Shown: positions 28,411-36,913 of the stretch, one piece after another | Layout of the letters: each line of letters begins with the position of its first letter | Numbering within the stretch: position 1 is the stretch's first letter | Source of the DNA: Podarcis pityusensis | Lineage: Eukaryota | Direction: 5' to 3' (one strand) | Assembly: GCA_964106645.2 (NCBI GenBank) | Contig: OZ067041.1 | DNA: 64,000 nucleotides | Program-made: the position numbers and the translations under genes | The notes under the pieces: model-generated | What the model was told of the DNA's origin: nothing | The model's database searches: none | Seen by the model: only the letters and a program-made list of their open reading frames with translations

Positions 28411-31102
28411 AGGGGAACACTGTGGTTTATTTGCGCATACTGCATATACAATCTGAGTCTACGATGGAGAGGTTTCCAAGAGGGTCTCTTGCTTTCCCGT
28501 AGGCACAACAGCCTTGGATTAAAATCAGAAATCAGACATGTGTTCTGTCTCCTTCTTACAGCCTGTCCCAGTTTTTGCCAGCGCATCACTGCCAACTTTC
28601 ATCCTAAAAATTCTGTCCTTTTGTCTCCTACTTACTACCTCTCTAGAGGAAGGAGGGGCTCACACCCCCACTGCTGTCCAGCACAAAGTAACTGCTTTGT
28701 TAATCACCCACCTCCCTTCCCCCCTTGTTTCCATAATGACTCGGTTATTAACAAGCTTTGCTCCCCTAATAACCCATAACAAACTGATGAGCGATCACCA
28801 GGTTGGCCTGCCTTGTATTTTTAACTTAAGAGATTTGTAATGGTTTAACTTCCCAAATCTTGATTAAGTCTACTTTTTATTGGACCCAGGAATTTAGGGT
28901 GTCACACACCCCATAAACTGTTAACAGTATCATGGGTTGGTTTGCAGTGTTGCCACAATGCATTGGAAAATCTGGTAAGTGCCTTCTGGACAACATTTCC
29001 TGACTGCATTTCCTAAACATGCAAAACCAAACCAAAATACACTTGCATAAAACCTTTGCCTCTAATATAATCAAAAAGAAATCCATACAGTTTTTCTTAT
29101 AAGGAGCTAATGCCTACTATGGGCTGTTTAGTTTTCAAAAGCATCCATGCTACAGTAACATTCAACAGACTTCCAATCTTTAATGGCAAATATATAAACT
29201 ATTACTTACTTAAAATCAAAGAGCTTGAAGGAATGTCAGGTATTGTCTAGGTACATACAAATGCAGAGACAGGATTCCCTGTAATTAAGCCTTCTCTGAA
29301 AGAACACTCCTTGGCATGTCTTTAAAAATATTTCTTATAGGAGATTATCTGTGGGCCACTATGTTATATGTTACTCTTGGATTCAGAGTAAATGTGCAAG
29401 ATTGTATATGGAACAAGTACTTAGGGTACCAACATTGGAAGGGAGGAGGATGGAACTTCTAGTTGACTTGAATATGCACCTCAGAGTGCTTTGTGTAGCA
29501 TATCGTGCACTACAGCATCTTATATTTTTTGAGTTATAAGCTTCAATAAAAAAAATTCAAAAAAGAACCAATTCTAAAAACAAAAATGAGGTGAGCAGCA
29601 TAATTTATAAATACTATGCTTATAGAGGCACCATTTGGGTATGTGTATTTTGCCTCCAGCCAAACAGACACATAGGCTGTACATGTACACATCGTTCATA
29701 ATATTTTGGAAATGCTTTCTTTGTGCAAAAAACAAGAGAGTGGAAAATAAAAAGTAGCAGAAAAACTCTGGCTTCATTAACTTATTCTTCAACAGTATTC
29801 ATCAGTTCTTACTTGTATTGAGAAACATTTGCTAATTGCCACCTTACCATTCCTATAGGTCAGATCCACTGCCTGCTGCTTCTCTCTGTGGCAAAGACTA
29901 AAAACAGTGAATTCCATTATCTTTAGTGCAGTTCTTTAAATATTTGAAAGTAGATCTATCCTCATTTCTCATATTTAATGTAGTATTAACATATTTTAAA
30001 AACTTCTCTTTCATTTCTTCATGGATGTGTTTGCACACATAGTCAGTGAATCCCAAGTCATGGACCCGACTGTACATTTGTGGTCAATAATGGCTATAAA
30101 TGGTGAGTTTGGGTCTAACCAGGCATTCTGAAGGCATTCAATATTTGTCTTAAATTGAATTATCCATTGTTTCCAATTCCAAGTAATCATAGATGAAGCC
30201 AAACTTTGGTTCTTTATGCATGTCCAAATTTGTTCTTTTTGGATTTAGTGAGACTAAATCCCTGCCACCTCCCTTCCAAACATTATTCTTTAGAGAATTA
30301 TGTTTGCATTTCAAATAAAAAATGTATTCAGTATGTTCGACTAACTTAGCACATGCTTTTATAGTATCTTTCTGCCTTCTCAGCTTTCTGACAGATAATA
30401 AGAGATTGTGGGTTATATATTTGTTTATTAACATTGCTATTCAAGTTGTACCACTAGAAAAAAAATGATATTATGTCTGCTTCTGTTGTACATTTATAAG
30501 GGTGAAATGCTCCTCTTGTGAAATTTTGTCATCTGTAAAAGCTGCTACTGTAGAACAATGAGAAATTGACATACTTTATATTGAGGTCTGTTCTGACTTT
30601 AAACAGACACGTGCATAGTATTGGAACACAGTTATTGTTTTTGTAAACCAAATAATGTATTTTGGAGCTTGCTTACATGTGTATTTTAAATAGGCAACAC
30701 TAATTAGACAAGTTACAGAATCTAATTTAAGTTTTGGGAAATAGGAAGTATGCTGCAAACATTGTGCGCAAGAACTATGAATAAATAGCTGCACTTGTAA
30801 TTCCTACTAGCAGGGCACATTTGGAGGACATGAACATACAAAATAAAGAAATTCTAATTTGAGTATGTTGGAAAGGCAGAGCTGTGTGAAATCTATATAC
30901 TTATAGATATTTTTAAAACTTTATTTTGATGTCTCTAGGGCTGCCTTTTTCAACCTTCGGTCCACAGATGTTGTTGTAGTTCATCAGGGGACCCAATATT
31001 GAGAAAGGTTGTTATAGTGTATGTAGATATGCATGCAAACAACTTTTATTCCATTTTCCTCAGAACAATTGCACAGCAAATATGAAAAGCTGTAAAAGTT
31101 AG

Positions 31103-31864
31103 TGTCAGAGCTGCTTCCAGATCCTAGCTCACAGAGGATCACGCTAGCCAGCGATCATTAAATAAAAGTCTTTATTGAGTTACAGTTTCCATTCTCAAGC
31201 TGCTGCGTGCAACTCTACGTCTCATGGTTAGATCGGCGAAACTCCATCTGAGTCTCCGCCCCTTGTACACCAACTTAATATCCTAGCCTTGCTCCACCTT
31301 TTCCGCCTGACTGTTCTTCTCTGGGTCCCTCTGCCCCCCGGGGTCTCTTCCTTCCGGGATTCCTCTGACGCTGACGCTGACCCCCCTGACTCTTCTCCCT
31401 CCTTTCGGCGGGCTTTAGGACCTGGCTCCCTTTCCGGGCTGCCTACTGCGCCACCTTCCTGTGCATTTGAACTTGGCACGCGCGCCCAACCTTCCACCTT
31501 CCGTCTGACCGTTTCTTCGCTCCCCGATGGAGGTGTGGCCACTCCTGACTCGTGCCCTCCCCCCTGTTGTGAGCTGCCAGCGCTTGATCCCTGGCGCCCT
31601 TCCTCTTCCCTGCTCTCTGGCGGTGACGCTGGTCCTGATTTCCAACTGCTCCCCTCTGAGTCCCCTCTGGCTCTATCTTCCTGGGGTGTCCCCCTAGGCT
31701 CCCCCCTTGCCCTGGCCACTGGTGCTCCTTTCTGTGAATCTTCTGATTCACTGGAAAGACTCGGAGATCTCGGGTCGTCGTCATCACTCATCTTTTCTTC
31801 TGCCTCCTCTCCCTCGCTCTCTGTTTCCTCCCTTGCCCTTGCCTCTGCTCCTGAACCCCTGACA
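31103..31864 (-). repeat. 3' LTR (762 bp)
   Basis: Identical to the 5' LTR by visual comparison except A31241 vs G37052; preceded on the minus strand by the polypurine tract. Confidence 0.97.
31171..31176 (-). terminator. Polyadenylation signal of the retrotransposon (3' LTR)
   Basis: AATAAA on the minus strand about 50 nt after the pol stop and about 70 nt before the LTR end; copy at 36982-36987. Confidence 0.75.
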
Positions 31865-34800
31865 TCCATCCCCCCCTCGAAGCCCCCTCTTCCCCCCTCC
31901 CCTCCTTCCGGTGCGGGATCTGGGTGCTGCCGTGTCAGGGGGACGAATGTCGGATACAGTTCGCTTCCCGTGGCGGGCCGCCATCCGAAGTCTTCCGGTT
32001 CTTCCTCCCTGCTCTCGTTGACGACGGTCACCTCCGCTTCCATCTCTGTGCCGCCGTGCTCGAAACCCGGGTCGTCCCCGAAAACGTCCATGTCCGTCTC
32101 TCCCTCGTTGCCTTCTGGAGACGTTGCTCGTCCTGGACCCTCCAGCCACCTTCTGCGGAACTGCTCCTCTGGTCGATCATCCCACCAATACGAGGGTTCT
32201 GAAGCAGATCCCGAGGGTGACCCCTCTGGGGAACGGGCGTCTCGTGTTGGTTCCTCGTCCGAGTCGAACCCCCGGAACGTGCTGGCTGAAAGCGTGGGCG
32301 TGAAAAGCCAGTCGTCGAAAAAGTCTGCTGGCATTGGCCTATGTGGGAAGAGGGCATGAAACTCTTCTTTGAGCAGAGGTTCGTCTAAAGCGTAGCCCGG
32401 CACCCAGCTGTTGGCACTGGCCGGGGTGCCCTCCTTGGCGAGAAGGTATTCTACCCCCTCTTCCCCCCATCTGGAGTCCAAAATCTCCGTGACTTCGTTG
32501 ATGCGCTCCTCCTGTGCCACTCCCCCTTGCCCGGTTCTCTCTCGGAGTGGACCCGGTGCCGTTCCTGGTTCCTGAAACCTGTGAGGTGCCTTGTAGGGAG
32601 TGAGCACCGATCTGTGGAACACCGGATGCATTCTGGAACCCTCCGGAAGAGCCAGCCTGAAAGCCACCGGGTTGACCTGTTCGTCGACTTGGTAGGGCCC
32701 CAGTTGTTTATGCCCTAGTTTCTTCTTCGCCAACGACCTGGCCGGCACTGCGTGGGCTGCTAACCAGACCCAGTCTCCCACATGGATCTCTTCGCCAACC
32801 CTTCTGTGTTTGTCCGCTTGTACCTTGTATGCGTGTTTAGCCAGCTCCAGGTGCCGCCGCAGCTGATCGTGGACCTCCTGCAACTCCGACGCGAACGCAT
32901 CTGCTGTCTGCGGCTCCCCCTCCCCCATTCTTTCCAGTCCCGGGAAGGTTCTAGGGTGCCTCCCGTTGTTGGCGAAGAACGGCGTGACCCCCGTGGACAC
33001 GTGCTTCGTGTTGTTGTAGGCGAACTCGGCGAGAGGCAGGTAATCCACCCACGTCGCAGGCTGTTGATTCGCATAACATCTCAGGTACTGCTGCATGATG
33101 GCATTGACCCGCTCCGCTTGCCCGTTGGTCTGCGGGTGTCTAGCCGACGCCAGGTTGATCTTGACGTTCAGGAAGCCCATCAGCCTCTGCCAGAAGTTTG
33201 AGATGAACTGTCGCCCTCGGTCGGACAGAATAGACCGCGGCAGACCGTGAACCTTGAACACGTGGTCTATGAACAGTTTGGCGGTTTGTTCCGCCGTGGC
33301 CACCTTTGCACACGGAATGAAATGTGCCATCTTGGAGAACAAATCCACCACCACCAGCACAGCCGTCTTGCCCCTCGAGCTGGGCAGATCCGTGACAAAG
33401 TCCAGGGCCACTCTCTCCCATGGCTCGAACGGAGTTTGCAGCGGTTCCAGCAGTCCGGCCGGCGGTCTGTGCACTGGTTTGGCCCTCTGGCAGGTGTCAC
33501 ACCTCGCCACGTAGTCCGCGACTTCCCCTCTCATTCCGGGCCACCAGAAGTCTCTGGCTACTAATTCCACCGTCTTCTCCTTGCCAAAGTGCCCGGCAGT
33601 GGGCGCGTCGTGCAGCTGCTGCAGTACCTTGGCGCGAAGTTCGTCTCCCGGCACGTAGATGGCCCCTTTACGGATGAGCAAACCATCTCGCAGCTGGAAC
33701 TCGTCGGTCGCTGCCGTGCCCCTGTGCACCTCTGCCATCTTTGCTTGCGCGAAGGAGTCATCCTGCAACGCTCGTCGCACCGCATCCAGGTCAACTGTTG
33801 CCGCCGCGCACGCCCACACTGTCGGTGCGAAGATGTGCATGGCGGCCGCTGGCGTTGCCTCCTCCAGATACTGTGGCTTACGGGAGAGAGCATCCGCCAT
33901 GATGTTGGTGTCCCCCGGGACATACGCTATTCGGAAGTCGAAATTCGCAAAGAACTCAGCCCAACGTATCTGCCTCTGGTTCAGGAACTGTGCCGTGCGC
34001 CAGTGCTCTAGATTCTTGTGGTCCGTGCAGACCTGCACCGTGTGCTTGGCGCCGATCAGGAAGTGCCTCCACGCTTTGAACGCTGCATGAATGGCCAGCA
34101 ACTCCCTGTCCCAGATGGTGTAGTTCTGTTCGGACTTGCTGAGCTTCCTTGAGTAAAACGCTCCCGGCCTCCAAACCCCCTGCGGGTCTTTCTGCAGCAG
34201 GACTGCTCCCACGGCTCTGTCCGAAGCGTCTGTCTCCACCCTCATCGGCCTGCTGGGGTTGACATGAAGCAGCTGCTCTTCCGACGCGAAGAGACGCTTG
34301 AGTGCCTGAAAGGACTGCTCCGCCTGCTCTGTCCAGATGAACTTCTTTTTCTTGGAGCTGAGCGTGTCCGTGATGGCCGCTGTCTGCATGGCAAAGCCTT
34401 TGATAAACTTGCGATAGAAGTTCGCGAAGCCGACAAACCGTTGGACCTCCTTCCGGTTGCGTGGGCTTTTCCAATCCAACACTGCTCGGACCTTGGCGCT
34501 GTCCATGGCGAGCCCTTTATCAGACAACTTGTAGCCCAGGAAATCCACCTCCGTCACGTCGAATTGGCACTTCTCCAGCTTGGCGTAAAGCCTATGTTGC
34601 TGTAGCCTGCTCAGCACTTCCTTGACGTGTCTGTCATGCTCCTGCTGCGATTCCGAAAAGATCAGGATGTCATCCAAGAAACAGACGCACGTCTTGTAGA
34701 GGAGCCCCGCCAACACGTGATGCATGAAAGCTTGAAAAACGTGGGAGCCATTTTGCAATCCAAAAGGCATAACTCTATATTCGTAGGTGCCCAGGGGCGT

Positions 34801-35799
34801 GAACATGGCTGTCTTCCACTCATCTCCCTCCCGCATGCGAATGAGGTTGTATGCCCCTCGCAGGTCCAACTTGGTGAACACTCTGCCCTTCCGTACCTTT
34901 GCGAGGAGGTCGTCGATTCGGGGCATGGGGAAGTCCGATGGCTTGGTCACACTGTTCAAGATGCGAAAGTCCACTACAAGTCTTTTTTGGGGCGTGTCCC
35001 GCTTCTTAACAAAGAATACCGGACTGCCCCCCGCTGCCTTGGACTCTCGGATGAAACCGCGCTCCAAATTATGATCTATGAACTCTTTGAGTTCCTGCAG
35101 TTCGTCCTCAGACATGGAATACAGCTTCCCTTTGGGCAGCGCCGCCCCCGGCAGCAGGTCAATTTTGCAGTCATATGGTCTGTGGGGGGGTAGCCTGTCT
35201 GCCTCTTTCTCGCAGAAAACCTCCAAAAATTCTGCGTACTTGTGGGGAACCGCTTGCAGCGTGCCTAGCTGCAGCTGTGACTCCTCTTCCCCTCCTTCCT
35301 GCCTGGGCACGATGCAGTGTTCAGCGCAAAAGGAAGAGCCGAAGGTCAGCTGCCTCTGGTACCAAGCCAGCGTCGGGCTGTGCTTGTCCAGCCAACTCAT
35401 GCCCAATACAATGGGCGTGTCCGATAGTTGAGTGACATTGAAGCTGATGATTTCCCTGTGATTCCCAAGTCGCATCACCATTGGTGGCGTCTGCTTCACC
35501 ACTTGCCCCCCTAGCAGCTCCCTGCCATCCACCGTGACAACCTGCAGGGGCAGCGTGGCAGGCAGCAACTGTATAGCGTGCCGGTCGACAAAGTCCTGCC
35601 CTATAAAGTCCGCATTGCTTCCGGAGTCAATGGTGATTGGCACATCCATGGTGATTCCATTGGGCAGCTGGAGCGACGCGGTGAGCCTCACTACCGGTTT
35701 GGGCGGGAGGGGGTCCATGGGCTGTAAAATCTCTGGGGACTGCTTCACTGACACGTCTGGCTGGGCCCCAGTGCCTCTTCCTCCAACCAGACTCCTTCG
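31228..35799 (-). CDS. pol: Pol (expressed as ~1860-aa Gag-Pol via -1 frameshift): protease, RT, RNase H, integrase, degenerate chromodomain, 370-aa C-terminal extension
   Basis: Uninterrupted frame. PR ITIDSGS; RT KLDLRGAY, MPFGL, FLDDILI; RNase H ETDASD, DHKNL, ADALSR; IN LHDAPTAGH...CDTC and LDFV...SDRG...QAERVN; GPY motif; chromo-like EVTEILDSR...EYLL...SWVP...EFH. Confidence 0.95.
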   Translation of the reverse strand, partial: RRSLVGGRGTGAQPDVSVKQSPEILQPMDPLPPKPVVRLTASLQLPNGITMDVPITIDSGSNADFIGQDFVDRHAIQLLPATLPLQVVTVDGRELLGGQVVKQTPPMVMRLGNHREIISFNVTQLSDTPIVLGMSWLDKHSPTLAWYQRQLTFGSSFCAEHCIVPRQEGGEEESQLQLGTLQAVPHKYAEFLEVFCEKEADRLPPHRPYDCKIDLLPGAALPKGKLYSMSEDELQELKEFIDHNLERGFIRESKAAGGSPVFFVKKRDTPQKRLVVDFRILNSVTKPSDFPMPRIDDLLAKVRKGRVFTKLDLRGAYNLIRMREGDEWKTAMFTPLGTYEYRVMPFGLQNGSHVFQAFMHHVLAGLLYKTCVCFLDDILIFSESQQEHDRHVKEVLSRLQQHRLYAKLEKCQFDVTEVDFLGYKLSDKGLAMDSAKVRAVLDWKSPRNRKEVQRFVGFANFYRKFIKGFAMQTAAITDTLSSKKKKFIWTEQAEQSFQALKRLFASEEQLLHVNPSRPMRVETDASDRAVGAVLLQKDPQGVWRPGAFYSRKLSKSEQNYTIWDRELLAIHAAFKAWRHFLIGAKHTVQVCTDHKNLEHWRTAQFLNQRQIRWAEFFANFDFRIAYVPGDTNIMADALSRKPQYLEEATPAAAMHIFAPTVWACAAATVDLDAVRRALQDDSFAQAKMAEVHRGTAATDEFQLRDGLLIRKGAIYVPGDELRAKVLQQLHDAPTAGHFGKEKTVELVARDFWWPGMRGEVADYVARCDTCQRAKPVHRPPAGLLEPLQTPFEPWERVALDFVTDLPSSRGKTAVLVVVDLFSKMAHFIPCAKVATAEQTAKLFIDHVFKVHGLPRSILSDRGRQFISNFWQRLMGFLNVKINLASARHPQTNGQAERVNAIMQQYLRCYANQQPATWVDYLPLAEFAYNNTKHVSTGVTPFFANNGRHPRTFPGLERMGEGEPQTADAFASELQEVHDQLRRHLELAKHAYKVQADKHRRVGEEIHVGDWVWLAAHAVPARSLAKKKLGHKQLGPYQVDEQVNPVAFRLALPEGSRMHPVFHRSVLTPYKAPHRFQEPGTAPGPLRERTGQGGVAQEERINEVTEILDSRWGEEGVEYLLAKEGTPASANSWVPGYALDEPLLKEEFHALFPHRPMPADFFDDWLFTPTLSASTFRGFDSDEEPTRDARSPEGSPSGSASEPSYWWDDRPEEQFRRRWLEGPGRATSPEGNEGETDMDVFGDDPGFEHGGTEMEAEVTVVNESREEEPEDFGWRPATGSELYPTFVPLTRQHPDPAPEGGEGGRGGFEGGMDVRGSGAEARAREETESEGEEAEEKMSDDDDPRSPSLSSESEDSQKGAPVARARGEPRGTPQEDRARGDSEGSSWKSGPASPPESREEEGRQGSSAGSSQQGGGHESGVATPPSGSEETVRRKVEGWARVPSSNAQEGGAVGSPEREPGPKARRKEGEESGGSASASEESRKEETPGGRGTQRRTVRRKRWSKARILSWCTRGGDSDGVSPI
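31865..31878 (-). promoter_or_regulatory. Polypurine tract (plus-strand primer)
   Basis: Minus-strand GAGGGGGGGATGGA directly abuts the TG of the 3' LTR; further G/A runs extend to about 31909. Confidence 0.9.
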
Positions 35800-35805
35800 T
35801 TTCCC
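35733..35805 (-). promoter_or_regulatory. Programmed -1 ribosomal frameshift signal (G GGA AAC plus predicted H-type pseudoknot)
   Basis: Heptamer at 35805-35799 in the gag frame (CAG GGA AAC); the -1 frame is pol (GKRRSLV). A 6-nt spacer precedes the 10-bp stem GTCTGGTTGG/CCAGCCAGAC; loop CTGGGG can pair with CCCCAG at 35738-35733. Confidence 0.88.
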
Positions 35806-36821
35806 TGCTGTGGTTGTCCTTGCTGCGTTGCTGCAGTTACCATTGCTGAGGCTGCAGTGTGCTTGTGGAGCCTCTGGGGACACTCTTTCGCCATATGCTG
35901 TGGATCATCGCAGATGTAACACTTCCTGTTCCCTCTAGGAGGCTTCGCTTTCACTGCTGCCGGTGCTAGGGCTCTGGCTGCTGACTGAGCCCTTGCACCT
36001 CCAACCTCCATAGGTTCCGCTCCTCCTCCTGGCGGAGGCGTGGATTGCGCACGCGCTGCTTCTCTGGGAAGGAAGGAGGAGCCCCTGGCTGGTTCGCGCC
36101 CTCCACGCCCTTCGTCCCTGCTCCACGGACGTCCTTCCAGCCGCACCCCCACCGCCAGCGCCCTCTGAACGATCTCCTGCGTGGTCCGGGGTTTCTCCCC
36201 CCTCGCAATTTCATCTTTAACCGAGCCGTGCAATCCCTCCCAAAACAGGTCTCTTACAGGAGCCGAATCTCTGTCCCATTCCAGGGCACTGACCAAAGCG
36301 AAAAAGCGGGCATGGTACTGCCTTACGCTGGCCCTCCCTTGCTTCAGTCCATGTATCTCCTGCCGAGCAAGATCCACGTCAATGCTTGATAAAAAGCACC
36401 CATCCATCGCTTTAATAAAGGCATCCGCATTTTGGAGCGCCGGATCCTTATCTCTCCACAAATTGCGCAGCCATGCTTTAGCATCTCCATGCAAATGGGA
36501 CATGATGAATCCCACCTTCTCTTGCTCATCTCTAAAGTCTTTGTTCAGCAGTTGCAGTGCACACATTACATCTGCTCTAAAGTTGGGGTACTGTTGCAAA
36601 TTCCCATCGAAGTGAGAGACCAGACCGCCTGTTCGTCTCCCCAACCCAATCCCCTCCGGTTTGGGTGTCAGTTGCCCTTGCTTCGTAAGCACTTCCAACC
36701 TGACCTGGAGATCCCTGTAGGCGGCAGCTGCGTCCTCCTCTCTCTTCCTGGATGCAAGAGCCTCGGCATTCAGTCGTGTCACTGCTTCTCTGAGTTCCAC
36801 TATCTGCTGTTCGGCCGTCAT
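35745..36821 (-). CDS. gag: Gag (358 aa from first ATG): coiled-coil N-terminus, retrotransposon capsid domain, CCHC zinc knuckle
   Basis: ATG at 36821 (GACAACATGA, A at -3). Capsid-like FDGN...KVGFIMSHLHGDAKAW...LKQGRASVRQYHARF...FWEGLHGSVKDE; EPMEVG motif; knuckle CYICDDPQHMAKEC (CX2CX4HX4C). Confidence 0.93.
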   Translation of the reverse strand: MTAEQQIVELREAVTRLNAEALASRKREEDAAAAYRDLQVRLEVLTKQGQLTPKPEGIGLGRRTGGLVSHFDGNLQQYPNFRADVMCALQLLNKDFRDEQEKVGFIMSHLHGDAKAWLRNLWRDKDPALQNADAFIKAMDGCFLSSIDVDLARQEIHGLKQGRASVRQYHARFFALVSALEWDRDSAPVRDLFWEGLHGSVKDEIARGEKPRTTQEIVQRALAVGVRLEGRPWSRDEGRGGREPARGSSFLPREAARAQSTPPPGGGAEPMEVGGARAQSAARALAPAAVKAKPPRGNRKCYICDDPQHMAKECPQRLHKHTAASAMVTAATQQGQPQQGNEGVWLEEEALGPSQTCQ

Positions 36822-36901
36822 GTTGTCTGCCGTTCGTGAGCTCGCTAGTAGGCACCCGCTTTCTCTCCTCTCCGCGAGGACGTAGATGCCCACAATCTAG
36901 G

Positions 36902-36913
36902 GATGGAGCTTAC
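36902..36913 (-). promoter_or_regulatory. Primer-binding site, non-tRNA (self-priming type)
   Basis: Sequence after the 5' LTR reads GTAAGCTCCATC with no TGG; AAGCTCCATC is the exact complement of LTR sequence GATGGAGCTT at 37059-37050. Confidence 0.75.

Noticed and set aside
1-31097. EPHA6 exon 2 or other host exons among the short ORFs
   Set aside because: No Eph-like or other recognisable host peptide seen; ORFs are short, often non-ATG, or TE-derived. A ~65-bp exon could be missed by eye, so spliced alignment is needed to exclude it.
31865-32340. env-like third ORF
   Set aside because: In frame with pol and hydrophilic, with no signal peptide, fusion peptide or transmembrane segment.
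31289-32359. 356-aa antisense ORF (and its 201-aa copy at 37100-37705) as an antisense gene
   Set aside because: TTG start, Ser/Pro low complexity; the + strand is C/T-rich and A-poor here, so stops are rare. Best explained as a shadow of the Pol tail.
35806-35883. GTG start of the 1551-aa ORF as an independent pol initiation site
   Set aside because: Non-ATG and upstream of a canonical slippery site; entry by -1 frameshift explains the overlap.
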